64,000 nucleotides of DNA, taken from Planctomycetota bacterium. GTDB lineage: Bacteria; Planctomycetota; UBA1135; UBA2386. The notes under the pieces were generated by a model. It did no database searches, was not told the origin of the DNA, and was given only the letters and a program-made list of their open reading frames with translations. Of this stretch, positions 23,482 through 33,570 are shown one piece after another (positions within the stretch are counted from its first letter, which is position 1; every line of letters begins with the position of its first letter). Location: assembly GCA_965223545.1 (NCBI GenBank), contig OZ245006.1:1984001-2048000 (forward strand), written 5' to 3'. A program made the translations under genes and the position numbers.

Positions 23482-24627
23482 ATGGCCAACAAACCCGACT
23501 ACTACGAGGTCCTCGGCGTCGCCAAGGATGCCGACGGTACCGCCATCAAGCGGGCGTACCGCAAGAAGGCCATGGACAACCACCCGGACCGCAATCCGGG
23601 AGACGCCGAGGCGGAACAGCGCTTCAAGCTGGCCGCCGAGGCCTACGCGGTCCTGTCGGACCAACAGAAGCGGGCCGCTTACGACCGTTACGGCCACGCC
23701 GGCGTCGACGGACAGTTCGGCGCCGGAGGCGGGTTCTCCAGCTTCGAGGAGATCTTCTCCGCCTTCGGCGACCTGTTCGGTGGCGGCGGCGGTGGTGGCG
23801 GAATCTTCGAGCAGTTCTTCGGCGGTGGTGGCGGCCGCAGCCGTGCGCGGCGCGGGGCCAGCTTGCGCGTCGATCTCAGCCTGACGCTGGAGGAGGTCGC
23901 CACCGGCACCACCAAGACCATCGAGATCACGCGCCCGACGCCGTGCCAGAACTGCAGCGGCAGCGGCGCACAACCGGGCACGCAGCCGACCCAGTGCGCA
24001 ACCTGTGGCGGCGCCGGCGCGGTGTTGCGCAGCCAGGGCTTCCTGCAGATTCGGCAGGCCTGTCCGTCGTGCCGCGGGGCCGGCTCGGTGATCGAGTCGC
24101 CGTGCACGAAGTGCAAGGGCCGCGGCGCCATCGCCAAGAAGGAGCCGGTGTCGATCAAGATCCCGGCCGGCATCGAGGAGGGTCACGTCGAACGCATCCC
24201 CGGCCAGGGCGAACCGGGCGACAACGGCGGCCCCCCCGGCGATCTGGTGGTCGTGATCCACGTCGAGCCGCACGCGGTCTTCACGCGCAGCGGGGACGAC
24301 CTGCGCGCCCAAGCCGTCGTGCGTTACCGCCAGGCCGTCGTCGGCGACTCGATCGACGTGCCGACGATCACCGACGACACCGTCGTGCTGAAGATTCCGG
24401 CCGGCACCCAGCCGGGCTCGTCGCTCCGCGTCCGCGGACACGGGCTGCCGCGGGCGGACGGCTACGGGCGCGGTGACCTGCTGGTGCGCATTCAGATCGA
24501 AGTGCCCAAGAGCATCACCGCGGAGCAGCGTCAGGCCCTCGACGAGTTCGACGCCGTCGAGCACGAGAAGAGCAAGAAGTCCAAGCGCAAGTCCATCTTC
24601 GAGAAGGTCAAGGACATCTTTCAGTGA
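23482..24627 (+). CDS. dnaJ: Chaperone DnaJ
   Basis: J-domain HPD motif, G/F region and four CxxCxGxG repeats. Confidence 0.96.
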   Translation: MANKPDYYEVLGVAKDADGTAIKRAYRKKAMDNHPDRNPGDAEAEQRFKLAAEAYAVLSDQQKRAAYDRYGHAGVDGQFGAGGGFSSFEEIFSAFGDLFGGGGGGGGIFEQFFGGGGGRSRARRGASLRVDLSLTLEEVATGTTKTIEITRPTPCQNCSGSGAQPGTQPTQCATCGGAGAVLRSQGFLQIRQACPSCRGAGSVIESPCTKCKGRGAIAKKEPVSIKIPAGIEEGHVERIPGQGEPGDNGGPPGDLVVVIHVEPHAVFTRSGDDLRAQAVVRYRQAVVGDSIDVPTITDDTVVLKIPAGTQPGSSLRVRGHGLPRADGYGRGDLLVRIQIEVPKSITAEQRQALDEFDAVEHEKSKKSKRKSIFEKVKDIFQ

Positions 24628-25250
24628 GTAGGAAGACCGAAGACGACCTCGGTTCGACGCCCCAGCCCGGCGCCGGAGACGAGCAGGAGCCGACGCCCCA
24701 GGCCGAGAGCGCATCCGCGGAGGCCGAAGGCGCCGTGCCACACGACGACGCCCCGGGCGACGCGGTCAGCCGCGAGCGGGACCGGCTGGACGCGCAGCTG
24801 AAGCGCGCCATGGCCGACCTGCAGAACATCCGCAAACGGCACCTGAAGGAGATCGCCGACGCGCGGACCCGGGCGGTCGAGGCACTCGCCGGTGAGCTGT
24901 TGCCCGTTCTCGACAACTTCGACCTCGCGCTCGCCGCGCAAGAGCGGCAGACCGATGCCCCGCAGGGCGACGCCAGCGCCATGGTCGAGGGCGTCCGCAT
25001 GGTGCAGAGCCTGCTGCGCGGAGTGCTCGAACGCCACGGCCTGGCCGAGATCGAGGCGCTCGGCGCCGCGTTCGACCCCAACGTGCACGAAGCGGTCGGC
25101 GTCGACACGCAGTCCGATGCCGAGCCCAACACCGTCTCTGCCGTGGTGCAGACCGGCTACCTGATGGGTGACCGACTGGTGCGTCCCGCCAAGGTGATGG
25201 TCGCCGCGCCACCGACGAGCGCCGGCGCTCCCGAGGCCGACGACGCCTGA
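24624..25250 (+). CDS. grpE: Nucleotide exchange factor GrpE
   Basis: ADLQNIRKR, LLPVLDNF, FDPNVHEA and GYLMGDRLVRPAKV motifs. Confidence 0.95.
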   Translation: MSRKTEDDLGSTPQPGAGDEQEPTPQAESASAEAEGAVPHDDAPGDAVSRERDRLDAQLKRAMADLQNIRKRHLKEIADARTRAVEALAGELLPVLDNFDLALAAQERQTDAPQGDASAMVEGVRMVQSLLRGVLERHGLAEIEALGAAFDPNVHEAVGVDTQSDAEPNTVSAVVQTGYLMGDRLVRPAKVMVAAPPTSAGAPEADDA

Positions 25251-25284
25251 CGCAGGACGAGCAACCCGAGAAGCAGCCCCTCCG

Positions 25285-25647
25285 ATGCCCACCTACGACT
25301 ACGAATGCCAGGCCTGCGGACACCGCTTCGAGCTGTTCCAGAGCATGACGGCGCGCGTCAAGCGCAAGTGCCCGGAGTGCGCGAAGCCCAAGCTGCAGCG
25401 GCTGATCGGCCCCGGCGCCGGCTTCCTGTTCAAGGGCGACGGCTTCTACATCACCGACTACCGCAGCGACTCGTACAAGAAAGACGAGAAGACCGCGAGC
25501 TCCGAGGACAAGCCCAAAGGCAAGGGCGAGAAGAGCGACAGCGGCGGCGCGGACAAGCCGGCGAAGACCGACAAGCCCGCGAAGACCGAGAAGCCCGCCG
25601 CCAAGAAGGGCAAGGCCGGCTCGAAGAAGAGCGGTAGCAAGCGCTAG
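25285..25647 (+). CDS. FmdB family zinc-ribbon protein with Lys-rich tail
   Basis: MPTYDYECQACGHRFE...CPEC...FKGDGFYITDY. Confidence 0.9.
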   Translation: MPTYDYECQACGHRFELFQSMTARVKRKCPECAKPKLQRLIGPGAGFLFKGDGFYITDYRSDSYKKDEKTASSEDKPKGKGEKSDSGGADKPAKTDKPAKTEKPAAKKGKAGSKKSGSKR

Positions 25648-25673
25648 CGCCTAGCAGCCGGCGGGCCGACGAC

Positions 25674-26762
25674 TCACTGGAAGGTGCCGTCGAGGCGCAT
25701 GGCGGGACCACCACCGGCCGTGGTCTTGTCCAGGAACCCGGTGGCCGACGTCGAGTCGTTCGTGCGCAGTTGGTTGGCGTGCATGATGGTCTGGCCAATC
25801 GTGACCTCGCGCCCCGCGGTGGTCACAAAGCCCGACGGCGCGCCAGAATCAGTGAACAGCGCCTGGGCGGCGATCTGCGCGCCGAGGAGGTTCGCGTTGT
25901 TCGGCACGCCGAAGCTGGCAGCCCAGTTGCCGAAGGGGCCGGACGGTACGATCGCCCAAGTCACGAGCGGATTGACGTAGAGAGTGCTGCCGACGACGCC
26001 GGCCGCACTCAAGTCCAGCGGGGTCCCGAGTTCGTTGCCGACCACGAGGACACCCGGGGTGGCCGCCGCCAGCGGGCTGCCCGCACTGACCTGGACGGTG
26101 CCGCCGAGACCGATCCCGCCATAGGTCCCGAAGCCGCTGGGCCCCTGGACGGAGATGTTGGGCACGAACGGCTGCGACGTCGTCTGGCCGTAATTGCCGA
26201 AGCTGTTGACAGCGCCGCCGGGCGTGTAGCAGTCCAAGCTGTAGCTCGTGCGCGTCGAGCCGTTCGGATCGGTGGCGACGATGTCGATCAGCAGGTGGCC
26301 GTTGGCCGCGGTGTAGCCGTAGGGCAGATCCAGGTTGATCGTGACCCACGGGCCGACGCCGCGCGCCACCGAGCTGTAGGCGGGCAGGCTGACCGAGCCC
26401 GAAAACACCTGGGTCATCGGCCCGGTCTCGTTGGCGCCGAAGGTCGTCCCCATCGCGCCCGGAGCCACCGTGGTCTCGCCCATCTGGATCACGACGTTCC
26501 TCACCGTCACCGCGGGGGAGCCGCTGGAGTTGTTGTTCTCCGGCCGGAAGCTGATCGCGGTGATCACCGCCGAAGTGCCGGCGACGGTGGTCTGGTCGAG
26601 GACGATCTGCGAGCGGAAGTCCGTGAACCCGAAGGGATAGGACGTGATCTGATTGCCGTCGACCGGCACGCCGGCGATCGCCGGCGAGAAGACTTGCGCG
26701 GAGGCGGTGCCCGCCAGGGAGAGGCCGGCGACGAGAGCGACGAACGCGGAACGGTTCTGCAT
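25674..26762 (-). CDS. Secreted hypothetical protein
   Basis: Signal peptide MQNRSAFVALVAGLSLAGTASA-Q, beta-rich body, and a C-terminal module like that of the FG-GAP protein. Confidence 0.8.
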   Translation of the reverse strand: MQNRSAFVALVAGLSLAGTASAQVFSPAIAGVPVDGNQITSYPFGFTDFRSQIVLDQTTVAGTSAVITAISFRPENNNSSGSPAVTVRNVVIQMGETTVAPGAMGTTFGANETGPMTQVFSGSVSLPAYSSVARGVGPWVTINLDLPYGYTAANGHLLIDIVATDPNGSTRTSYSLDCYTPGGAVNSFGNYGQTTSQPFVPNISVQGPSGFGTYGGIGLGGTVQVSAGSPLAAATPGVLVVGNELGTPLDLSAAGVVGSTLYVNPLVTWAIVPSGPFGNWAASFGVPNNANLLGAQIAAQALFTDSGAPSGFVTTAGREVTIGQTIMHANQLRTNDSTSATGFLDKTTAGGGPAMRLDGTFQ

Positions 26763-26903
26763 GGTCGGTTTCAGGGGGGGAGAGAGAAAATCGAGCCTGA
26801 CTCGGTACGAGTCGCGTGCTATGAGCCTGGCTCGCTGGGGCGTTACCAGAAAAGCCGGGGTTTCGGTCCGACCGTACGGTGGCGGTGGCGTACCCTGGGG
26901 GGC

Positions 26904-27593
26904 GTGAAGCATGTGAAGCGCCATCGGGCGGCCGGAATCGCTACGGCAAGCCTTCTCGCCTGCACCACGGCGTGTACGCACGGCCTGCTCTCGGGCGTCG
27001 CGTATCCCGATCGCAGCCGTCCCGTGGTCCGCATCGAGACCCGCGGCGGGGTGGAGTACGGCGCCTGCACCGAGGAGGGGGTGCTGTTCCTCGGCCGCAC
27101 GGCCAGCGAAGGCCCCTGCCGGGTGCATTTCTTCCTGGGTCCGCGCGCGACGCCCATCGTCGACGACGGCACGATCCACCACCTGGGCGGGGTCTACTAC
27201 CGCGCCGTGATCGATCTCAAGACACCGGCGGTGCCCGTGCTCGAGCGCGAGCCGACCGCCGCCGACACCCTGGTCGCGATGGTGCACGCCGGCCGCGAGG
27301 TGCACCGGGTCCCGGTGCGGCTGGCACAGCGCGACGACGTCAGCGGCGACGTTCTCGAGTGGCCGGGAGAGAGCTTGCCGGCCGGCACCGCGATCCTCGC
27401 GCAGCTGACCGAGACGCTGCGCTTCGTCGGCTTGGTCGCCGGCGAGGCCACCGTCCAACGCGGCGAAACCAGCGAGCGCTTCCTGGTGTTCACCGGCACC
27501 GACCGCGTCCGCGAGGCGCTCGCGGCAGCGCGGCCGCACCCGAGCCTGCCGGAGGTGATTCACCGGCCCGACGACATCACGGTGACGCGCTGA
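26904..27593 (+). CDS. Putative lipoprotein
   Basis: VKHVKRHRAAGIATASLLAC signal/lipobox-like start and host-like codon usage. The start could also be 26913. Confidence 0.65.
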   Translation: MKHVKRHRAAGIATASLLACTTACTHGLLSGVAYPDRSRPVVRIETRGGVEYGACTEEGVLFLGRTASEGPCRVHFFLGPRATPIVDDGTIHHLGGVYYRAVIDLKTPAVPVLEREPTAADTLVAMVHAGREVHRVPVRLAQRDDVSGDVLEWPGESLPAGTAILAQLTETLRFVGLVAGEATVQRGETSERFLVFTGTDRVREALAAARPHPSLPEVIHRPDDITVTR

Positions 27594-27613
27594 CTCGAAC
27601 GCCGTGCGTCAGC

Positions 27614-28960
27614 TCAGCGGCTGACGCCGGCGAGATCGGCAACGCGGTCGACGACCCCCTTGAGGGCGAACAGGACGACGGAGTCCCCCGCCAGAATCTC
27701 GTCCTCGCCGCGGGGAATCACGATCTCGCCCGTGGTGCGCGCGATGGCACCGACCACGCATCCGCGAGGGAACCCCGCCTTGGCCAGGGTCCGACCGATC
27801 AGCTTGCTCCCCGGCCGAATCTCGACTTCCAGGACCTCCGCCTTGCCCTCCTCGAAGGTCGCGATGGTGCTCACGCTCCCACTGCGGATGAACGAAAGGA
27901 TGCGCGTCGCGCACAGCAGGCGCGGCGAAACCGCGACGTCGATCCCCAGCGTCTCGTAGATGCTGACGTAATCCGACTTCTTGACGAGGGCCACGGTGCG
28001 CGCCACGCCCAAGCTGCGCGCCAGCTGGCAGGACATCAGGTTGCGCTCGTCGTCGTCGGACAGGCCGAGGAACGCGTCCGCGTCGCCGACGCGCTCCTCC
28101 TGCAGCAGTGCCAGATCCGTGCCGTCGCCGTGCAGCACGACCGGACCTTCCAGCTCGGCGGAGAGCTCCTCGGCCCGCGCACGGTCGTCGACCAGCACGC
28201 GGGTCTGCGCGCGCAGCCGGTTGAGCAGCTCACAGACGTGGCGCACGATTCCCGAGTGCCCATACATGACGACGTTGCGCAGGTACGTCGGCCGCACGCC
28301 GGTCTTCTTCTCCAGGCTGGCGACCGCTTTCGGTTCGCCCAGGGCGAAGATCTCGTCCTTGGCTTCGAGCTGGTCATCGCCACCGGGGATGATGATCTCG
28401 TGCTCGCGGTCGATGGCGGCGATCAGCACGCCGCGTGGCAGCTTGAGCCCCTTGACCGGCTTGCCCAGCAGCACCGAGTCCTCGTTGAGCCGCAGCCGCC
28501 GCAGCTGAATGCGACCCTCGGCGAAGGTCTCGACGCCGACCGCCTGGTTCTGGCGCACGGTCTTGACGATCTCTTCCGCCGCCAAGTCCTCGAGCGACAG
28601 CACCAGGTCGTACTGTAGGTTGCGCCGAAAGAACGTGCGGTTGCGTCGAATGGACGACAGGTCCTTGACGCGCAGCACCGTCTTCTTCGCCCCCATGCGC
28701 CGGCCGAACAGGCAGGTCAGCATGTTGACGTTGTCGTCGTTGGACACCGCGAGCAGGAGGTCGGCGGCGGCGGCGTCCGCCTTGTCGAGGAAATCCGGCC
28801 GCGACCCGTCGCCGAGAATGGCGCGCACATCGAGGCTCTCGGACACGTGCCGCAGGCGGTGCGGGTCGGAGTCCAGCACCGTGACCGCCTTGCCCTCCTG
28901 CGACAAGACCTTGGCGAGGTGGGTTCCGACCTCGCCGAGCCCGACGATGAGCACGTTCAT
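27614..28960 (-). CDS. trkA: Trk system potassium uptake protein TrkA
   Basis: MNVLIVGLGEVG followed by two tandem RCK_N/RCK_C units. Confidence 0.92.
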   Translation of the reverse strand: MNVLIVGLGEVGTHLAKVLSQEGKAVTVLDSDPHRLRHVSESLDVRAILGDGSRPDFLDKADAAAADLLLAVSNDDNVNMLTCLFGRRMGAKKTVLRVKDLSSIRRNRTFFRRNLQYDLVLSLEDLAAEEIVKTVRQNQAVGVETFAEGRIQLRRLRLNEDSVLLGKPVKGLKLPRGVLIAAIDREHEIIIPGGDDQLEAKDEIFALGEPKAVASLEKKTGVRPTYLRNVVMYGHSGIVRHVCELLNRLRAQTRVLVDDRARAEELSAELEGPVVLHGDGTDLALLQEERVGDADAFLGLSDDDERNLMSCQLARSLGVARTVALVKKSDYVSIYETLGIDVAVSPRLLCATRILSFIRSGSVSTIATFEEGKAEVLEVEIRPGSKLIGRTLAKAGFPRGCVVGAIARTTGEIVIPRGEDEILAGDSVVLFALKGVVDRVADLAGVSR

Positions 28961-29054
28961 GCTGGCGGCACGATCGGCGGCAGCCAGCCCCGATGCAACG
29001 GCACGGGCGTGACTTTGCTTGGCAAAGTGAGTACCCAAGGCTAAACCGAGGGCA

Positions 29055-29627
29055 GTGGCCCGCTCCGTCCTCGTGCTCGACAACCGCGACTCGTTCGTCT
29101 GGAACCTGGCGCAAGCCCTCGGCGGCTTGGGCTGTGAGGTCACGGTGCTGCGCAGCGATGCGGTCGACGTCGGCGCCATCCGCCGCTGCAAACCCGACGC
29201 CCTGGTGCTGTCACCGGGGCCCGGCCGGCCAGAGAGCGCCGGCGTGTGCATCACCGCCGTCCGCACGCTGTCGGCGGAGATGCCGATCCTCGGCGTCTGT
29301 CTCGGCCACCAGGCGATCGCCGCCGCCTTCGGCGCGCGCGTCGTGCGCTGCGCGCCGTGCCACGGCAAACCCTGGGCGATCGAGCACCGCGGCGCAGGCC
29401 TGTTTCGCGGCATGCCCAACCCGCTCGTCGCCTGCCGCTATCACTCGCTCAGCGTGGACGCGAAGAGCCTGCCCGCCGAGCTGGCCGAGGACGCGCAGAC
29501 GCCGGACGGCATCGTCATGGCGCTGCGCCACGTCGACCGGCCGACCTTCGGCGTGCAGTTCCACCCGGAGTCGTTCCGCACCGAGCACGGCACCGCACTG
29601 TTGCGCAACTTCGTGGAGTGCGCCTGA
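29055..29627 (+). CDS. Anthranilate/aminodeoxychorismate synthase component II (glutamine amidotransferase)
   Basis: LDNRDSF, SPGPGRP, ILGVCLGHQ, RYHSL and GVQFHPES motifs. Confidence 0.92.
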   Translation: MARSVLVLDNRDSFVWNLAQALGGLGCEVTVLRSDAVDVGAIRRCKPDALVLSPGPGRPESAGVCITAVRTLSAEMPILGVCLGHQAIAAAFGARVVRCAPCHGKPWAIEHRGAGLFRGMPNPLVACRYHSLSVDAKSLPAELAEDAQTPDGIVMALRHVDRPTFGVQFHPESFRTEHGTALLRNFVECA

Positions 29628-30517
29628 TGACCGCGGTCCCGGCGCTGCAGTTGCAGAACGTGCGCAAGTCGTTCCGCCGGCGCACAGCACTGCACTCCGT
29701 CGACCTTCAGCTCGAGCGCGGCGAGACCGTGGGCTTCGTCGGTCCCAACGGGGCGGGCAAGTCGACGTGTCTGCGCATTCTGACGGGGATGACGTTTCGC
29801 GATGGCGGTGACGCGCAAGTCTGCGGCCTCGACCCCGGCCGGCAAGGGGTCGAGGTGCGACGGCGCTGCGCCTACCTTCCGGGCGAGACCAGCCTCTACG
29901 ACGCGCTCACCGGCCGGCAACTCCTGGCCTTGGCACAGCACGGCTATCCGCAGCCGGACCCGGGCTTGGCCGAGTCGCTGACCGGTCGGTTCGGTTTGCC
30001 GCTCGACCACCCGACGCGCCAGCTGTCCGCCGGGATGAAGCAGCAATTGGCGCTCGCCGCCGTGCTCTCTACCGGTGCCGAGGTCTTCCTGTTGGACGAA
30101 CCCGACCGCAACCTCGACCCGACCGCGCGCGCCGTCTTGCGCGACGCGATCCGCAGCCTGCAAGAACGCGGCAGGACGATCCTCTTCAGCTCGCACCACC
30201 TCGCCGCCCTCGAGCTCAGCGCGCAGCGCACCGAGTTCTTGCTGGGCGGACGCGTGGTGCCCGCCGCCCGCGTCGAACGCGCGCGCACCGCGCTGCGCAA
30301 CAGTGTCCGCCTGCGCCTGCGGCGACCCGTCGAACTCCCCGACGGGGCGCGGATCACACCCGAGCCGGACGGCTCGCTGCGCGCGCGACCGGCGGACGCC
30401 GCGCTCGACTGGGTGCGGCGTTTGCCCGCCGACGCGGTCGAGACGCTCGAGGTCGGCGCGACCCGGCTCGAGGACCTCTACGCCGAGCTGCAGGCCGACC
30501 CGGAGAACCACCAGTGA
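29627..30517 (+). CDS. ABC transporter ATP-binding protein
   Basis: GPNGAGKST, LSAGMKQ, LLDEP and SSHH motifs. Confidence 0.92.
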   Translation: MTAVPALQLQNVRKSFRRRTALHSVDLQLERGETVGFVGPNGAGKSTCLRILTGMTFRDGGDAQVCGLDPGRQGVEVRRRCAYLPGETSLYDALTGRQLLALAQHGYPQPDPGLAESLTGRFGLPLDHPTRQLSAGMKQQLALAAVLSTGAEVFLLDEPDRNLDPTARAVLRDAIRSLQERGRTILFSSHHLAALELSAQRTEFLLGGRVVPAARVERARTALRNSVRLRLRRPVELPDGARITPEPDGSLRARPADAALDWVRRLPADAVETLEVGATRLEDLYAELQADPENHQ

Positions 30518-31305
30518 TTGCCTGGAAGACCTGGCGCGAGATCCGCTGGCTGGTCTTGCTCTACACGGCGTTGCTCGAGCTCGGCGTCGCCCTCGCCGTG
30601 CTGCTGTGGCCTTGGTTGCGCGACCAGTCGCCAGCCCTGGCGCGGCTGGCGCCGGCGCGCTTCATCCGCCGCTGGATCGACGGCATCACCGATCCCGACG
30701 CCGACGCCGCGTATCGCGCCTACATGGCCCTGCAGCTGTTCTTCAAGGGCGTCAACGTCGTCGGCCTCGCCTTCGCCGTGCTGTTCGGCGCCCTGCTGGT
30801 GGCGCGCGAACGCGAGAACCACACCCTCGAGTTCCTGCTGGCGCGGCCACTGCCGCGCAGCCGGATCCTGCTGAGCAAGCTGGCGGTGGTCGGCACGGCC
30901 CTGGTGCTGCCGATCGTCCTGACGTCCTGGAGCGCGATTCCGATCGGTTGGCTGATCGACGAGCGACTGCCGTTCGGTCCGCTCACGGTCGGCGCGCTCT
31001 ACAGCGCCCTGTTTTGCACCGCGTTCTTGGCGCTGGCGACCCTGTTGTCGGTGTACTCGCGCACCCAGCTGGGGGTGATCGCCACGGTCGGCGGCTTCGC
31101 CGTCCTGCAGGTCGGCCTCTACTTCGTCCAGCAGATCCGCCGCGCCAGTGTGTTCCGCCTGTCCGACTACGACATCTACGCCCCGGTGCTGGCCGGCAAC
31201 CTGTCGGCATGGCAGCTGCTTTCGGGTGCAGGCCTGTGCCTGCTGCTGTTCGCTGCCGTTTGCTTCTGGCTGGCGCTGCGCGGCTTTCGGAGGCTCGAGC
31301 CGTGA
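30514..31305 (+). CDS. ABC-2 type transporter permease
   Basis: Six TM segments and ARERENHTLEFLLARPLPRSRILLSKL. Confidence 0.88.
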   Translation: MIAWKTWREIRWLVLLYTALLELGVALAVLLWPWLRDQSPALARLAPARFIRRWIDGITDPDADAAYRAYMALQLFFKGVNVVGLAFAVLFGALLVARERENHTLEFLLARPLPRSRILLSKLAVVGTALVLPIVLTSWSAIPIGWLIDERLPFGPLTVGALYSALFCTAFLALATLLSVYSRTQLGVIATVGGFAVLQVGLYFVQQIRRASVFRLSDYDIYAPVLAGNLSAWQLLSGAGLCLLLFAAVCFWLALRGFRRLEP

Positions 31306-33008
31306 GCTGGCCGGTCTGGTTGCCGGTCTGGCTTCGCGTCGGCATCGCGCTGGCGCGCGAGCTCGTGCGGGCGATCGCGTTTCCGCTGCACCTGGTGCTC
31401 TACCTCCCGGCGCGCCAGCGCTGGCGCACGCGGGCACGCGCGGCGCTGGAGGCGGCGGCGCAGCCGACGCCGCCGCAGGACGGACCGCTGCTACCGCCAA
31501 TCAGCACGCACGGTCGCCGCCCCCGCCTGTTCGTCTCGGCCGGCGAGACCTCGGGCGAAGTGCACGCCGCCAACGTGGTGCGCGCGCTGCGCGCGCAGGG
31601 CGTCGACGCGGAGTGCCTGGCGTTCGGCGGCCCCTTGCTGGAGAGCGCCGGCGCGCACGTCCGAGTGCCGTTGAGCGCGCACTCGATCATCGGACTCGGC
31701 GGCGTGCTGCGCGCGCTGCCGTTCTTGGTCAAGGCAGTCGCCGATTTCGTCCGACTCCTGCGAGTCGAGCGCCCCGACCTGGTGCTGCTCGTCGACTATC
31801 CGGGCTTGCACTTGGTGCTCGGCCAGCTGGCCCGCGAACACCGCGTGCCCGTCGTGCACTACGTCGCGCCTCAGTACTGGGCGTGGGCGCCGTGGCGGAT
31901 GGCGCGCTACCGGCGTTGCGTCGACGCCACGCTGACCATCCTGCCGTTCGAGCCGGCGTTCTTCGAAGGCCGGGGATTGGCCGCGCGCTACGCCGGACAC
32001 CCTCTGCTCGACCACTACCGCCAGCACCCACCGGTCGCCGCGGAGCTGGCGGCGGTGTGCGCCCGGCCGACGGTGTGCTTGATGCCCGGCAGTCGCCGCG
32101 CCGAGATCGAGCAACACCTGGCCCCGTTCGTCGCGATCGCCCGCCGGCTGCATCGCGACGACCCCAACCTGCGCTTCGTCATCCCGCACGTCGACCCGCG
32201 CCGCGCGCGCCAGATCGAGCAGCGACTGGCCGGCCTGGATGCACCGTTCATCGAGCTGCGCGTCGGCGCGATCGGTGCGTGGTTGGCGGGCGCGCGCGCG
32301 GTCCTGGTCAAGTCGGGCACCGGATCGCTCGAGGCCTGCCTGCACGGCACCCCGAGCGTGGTGGTCTACAAGCTGAGCGGCCGCTCCTGGCAGTGGATGC
32401 ACCGCAACGCGCTGATCGTGCCGTGGGTCGCGGCCGCCAACTTGGTCGCCAACGCGCCGGTCGTACCCGAGCACGTGTTCTTCGACGACGACGGCTGGGC
32501 CGCGGTCGAGGAGTCGCTGCGCGCGCTGCTGCGCGACGGCGAGACCCGCGAGGCATGCGTGGCGGGCCTGGCGGCGGTCCGGCGACGCCTGGGCGGCGCC
32601 GGCGCCAGCGAGCGCGTCGCGCGCTGGTTGGCGGCGACGCTGGCCTCCCCCGCGGAACTCGCCGACTCGGAGCTCGAGCCCTACCGCGACCTGGCTCCCG
32701 AGGACGCCGACGCCGCACTGCGCACCGACCCCGAGCTCGCGGTACTGGACGTGCGCACACCGCCCGAGCACGCCCGGCACCGCCTGCCGGGCAGCCAGCT
32801 GATTCCGGTGCACGAGCTGCCACGCCGCCTCGACGAGCTCGATCCCGCACGACGCTACCTGGTCGTCTGCGAGCACGGAGTGCGCAGCGTCGCGGCCTGC
32901 GAGCTCCTCGTCGAGCACGGCTTCGCCGCGATCGCCAACCTCAACGGCGGCATGGCACACTGGCTCGCGCGCGGGCTGCCCGTCGAGCGTGGAACGACAG
33001 AGCATTAG
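31302..33008 (+). CDS. lpxB: Lipid-A-disaccharide synthase fused to a C-terminal rhodanese domain
   Basis: SAGETSGEVH, VDYPG, HYVAPQYWAW, ILPFE, GHPL, MPGSRRAE and KSGTGSLE motifs, then VLDVRTPPEH...VVCEHGVRS...NLNGGM in the same frame. Confidence 0.88.
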   Translation: MSWPVWLPVWLRVGIALARELVRAIAFPLHLVLYLPARQRWRTRARAALEAAAQPTPPQDGPLLPPISTHGRRPRLFVSAGETSGEVHAANVVRALRAQGVDAECLAFGGPLLESAGAHVRVPLSAHSIIGLGGVLRALPFLVKAVADFVRLLRVERPDLVLLVDYPGLHLVLGQLAREHRVPVVHYVAPQYWAWAPWRMARYRRCVDATLTILPFEPAFFEGRGLAARYAGHPLLDHYRQHPPVAAELAAVCARPTVCLMPGSRRAEIEQHLAPFVAIARRLHRDDPNLRFVIPHVDPRRARQIEQRLAGLDAPFIELRVGAIGAWLAGARAVLVKSGTGSLEACLHGTPSVVVYKLSGRSWQWMHRNALIVPWVAAANLVANAPVVPEHVFFDDDGWAAVEESLRALLRDGETREACVAGLAAVRRRLGGAGASERVARWLAATLASPAELADSELEPYRDLAPEDADAALRTDPELAVLDVRTPPEHARHRLPGSQLIPVHELPRRLDELDPARRYLVVCEHGVRSVAACELLVEHGFAAIANLNGGMAHWLARGLPVERGTTEH

Positions 33009-33399
33009 GCGGAGCGAGCCGGCGAAGCGCCAACTGATCATTGCTGAATCCCCTGACACCAACGCGTAAACGTTCGGTGAGGATCCGCGTGTAAGCGGTG
33101 GGGCCGGGGGGCCAAAACCGAGCGTGCAGGACTTCCTTGGTCTGCCCCGCTGGAGCGCTCAAGCCTGACCGTGATCCGCAAGGGGTTGCCGATGGAGGAT
33201 GGAGGTACACGAGGAAGTGTCTGCCTTCGTCACCAGATCGCGAAGTGCAAAGGAGCAGCGAAGCGGGCAGCGAGGGAGGGGTCGGTTTGTAGTCACCAGT
33301 CACCAGCTACCTCTACGCAAACAACCGAGGACGACGGGTGTCCGCGCGTCAGACGGGCAACGACTGCTGCGTCCGTTCCAACGCCTGTATTCTGTCCCT

Positions 33400-33570
33400 C
33401 GGGGCCGGCAATTCTGACTCTTCTTCTCGAAGGGTCCTTGCTCTGCTTGAACGCTTGAACGCCTTGACCTTGTGCGGAATAAGCCCATTCTGCTTCCACA
33501 CTCGATTCAATATCGACTGCGTGATCCCTGAATTCTCCGCGAGAGATTGCACTTCTGCATCACACCACTG
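33400..33570 (-). pseudogene. Degenerate IS630-family transposase fragment
   Basis: VQSLAENSGITQSILNRVWKQNGLIPHKVKAFK, then after an 8-nt duplication (GTTCAAGC) QSKDP and FEKK in shifted frames. Resembles the IS630 HTH region RIWxxHGLKPHRVKTFKLSNDPxFEEK. Confidence 0.6.

Noticed and set aside
25552..25605. 18-bp repeats in the FmdB gene tail
   Set aside because: Ordinary low-complexity Lys/Ala tail (DKPAKT) common in this family.
33098..33458. Short plus-strand ORFs at the islet's left edge
   Set aside because: No motifs and conflicting overlapping frames. Probably decayed sequence.
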